64,000 nt of DNA, taken from NCBI RefSeq assembly GCF_009914755.1, contig NC_060931.1. One strand, 5' to 3'. Shown in pieces: positions 61,880 to 64,000 of the stretch (its first letter is position 1; every line of letters starts with the position of its first letter). The translations under genes and the position numbers were made by a program. The DNA is from the human T2T-CHM13v2.0 reference genome, Homo sapiens. Below the pieces are notes generated by a model. It ran no database searches, had not been told where the DNA came from, and saw only the letters and a list, made by a program, of their open reading frames with translations.

Positions 61880-62559
61880 CTATGAGGCCAAGCAATGCCA
61901 GGTCGCCCTGATTTGCCAAGGGGTATTTTTCAATGCATTTTTATTTTATGCGAAGTGTTAGAATTTTGGCTACCAGTTTTTAAAAGCTGCTGTCACCCTC
62001 AGAATCACGTGTATACAGAGCCAGCTCCAGGAAAAACTGAGAATAATATGAAGTTCTTAAGATCCCTGATTTTTTCTTTCACCCTACTCTCAAGAACACT
62101 TTAATTTTTATTTTTTTATTTTTGTTATACTTTTAATTTCCTCATTTATTCCCTTCAGAGCTCCTAGATAATATCTGACCTTATAATGTGTTATTAAATC
62201 ATCTAAATTTAAATTTGTGTAATTTTTAGGCTTCCAATAGGTATTTTTATGTATTAAGCATCAAAATATGTAGTAGATATTGGTGGATGGATGGAACAAA
62301 GAGAATCCAGTTAGTTGCAACAGGTAATGCAACTATGGGAGGGAGAGGTGGTGAGCAAGAAAGAAGAGAGCTGCGAGGCAGTTTCACTTTTCTGTGATCC
62401 ACCACATAATACTCTGTGTTCCGAAAGAGCCTAGAAAATAACTCAACATAGGTGAGTGTAAAGACCATAGCCCTTGACAGCCCTGGGTTTGAAACCTCCA
62501 TTCCTGTGCTCATCAGTTGTGCACACTTGGACAAATTACTTAACCTTCCTGAGCTCTAA

Positions 62560-63450
<891 letters not shown>

Positions 63451-64000
63451 TTAAATTTTTAAGAAAGACATAAGGCAATACTGAAAGGCCAAATCAGACT
63501 AACCTGAAATTGCTTATATTTGTAAAAGCGCTGTCCTGAATGATTCTGAGAGAGGAAAGAACATATCGTCCTGGTGAATGATCATTTGAAAACAAAGTGC
63601 CATAGCTCTCCAATGCACTGGGGAAAATGTTTAACTTCAAAAAAAAGTTGGCTTTTTAGTCAAAGGCAGGGAACTGACTGTGAAGAGAAAGATTCACAAA
63701 CTCTTCCAGAATCTCAAAATAACTGACAGATACTAGTCACAGAATAGAATATTTATACCCTAGCTCAGTGTTAAGGCTCAAACAAATATCTAGAATTTAC
63801 TAAACAGGATTAAATAAATTATACATAGTCATGAAATTCTTCAGACTCACTCTTCAGATAACATAAATAAACATTTAATTTAAGCCCTGTGTAAGACCCT
63901 TATTAGAAATTCCAGCCACAAGGTCTGTCAGGCCCACCAACTGCTTCCTAGGAAAAGTACCTTCCTGAGAGCCCTGAATTAATTGATATGGGCCCTAGGT

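Overview
Human genomic DNA, repeat-dense (roughly 50 Alu copies or fragments plus L1, L2, MIR, LTR and DNA-transposon relics), with no recognisable host protein-coding exon. The species call rests on a human-specific L1HS-Ta element. That element is full-length, Ta-1nd type, on the minus strand (5110-11145), with a 14-bp TSD, intact ORF1 and ORF0, and ORF2 broken by one in-frame nonsense codon (Q736*). The most unusual structures are four. (1) A 3.3-kb retrocopy of an apparently spliced, LTR-initiated non-coding transcript (28436-31743) that split one AluS in two; it carries an exonised Alu and possibly intron-containing antisense exons of an unidentified gene. (2) A non-repetitive 84-bp, 95%-identical inverted repeat (24522-24605 / 25655-25738) enclosing MYB-type sites. 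(3) An adjacent cluster of TGACAG motifs (23869-24114). (4) A complex templated insertion at ~3613-4242 that copied ~145 bp from 2.8 kb upstream. Repeat subfamily names come from remembered consensus sequences, not a database search, and old-repeat boundaries are approximate.
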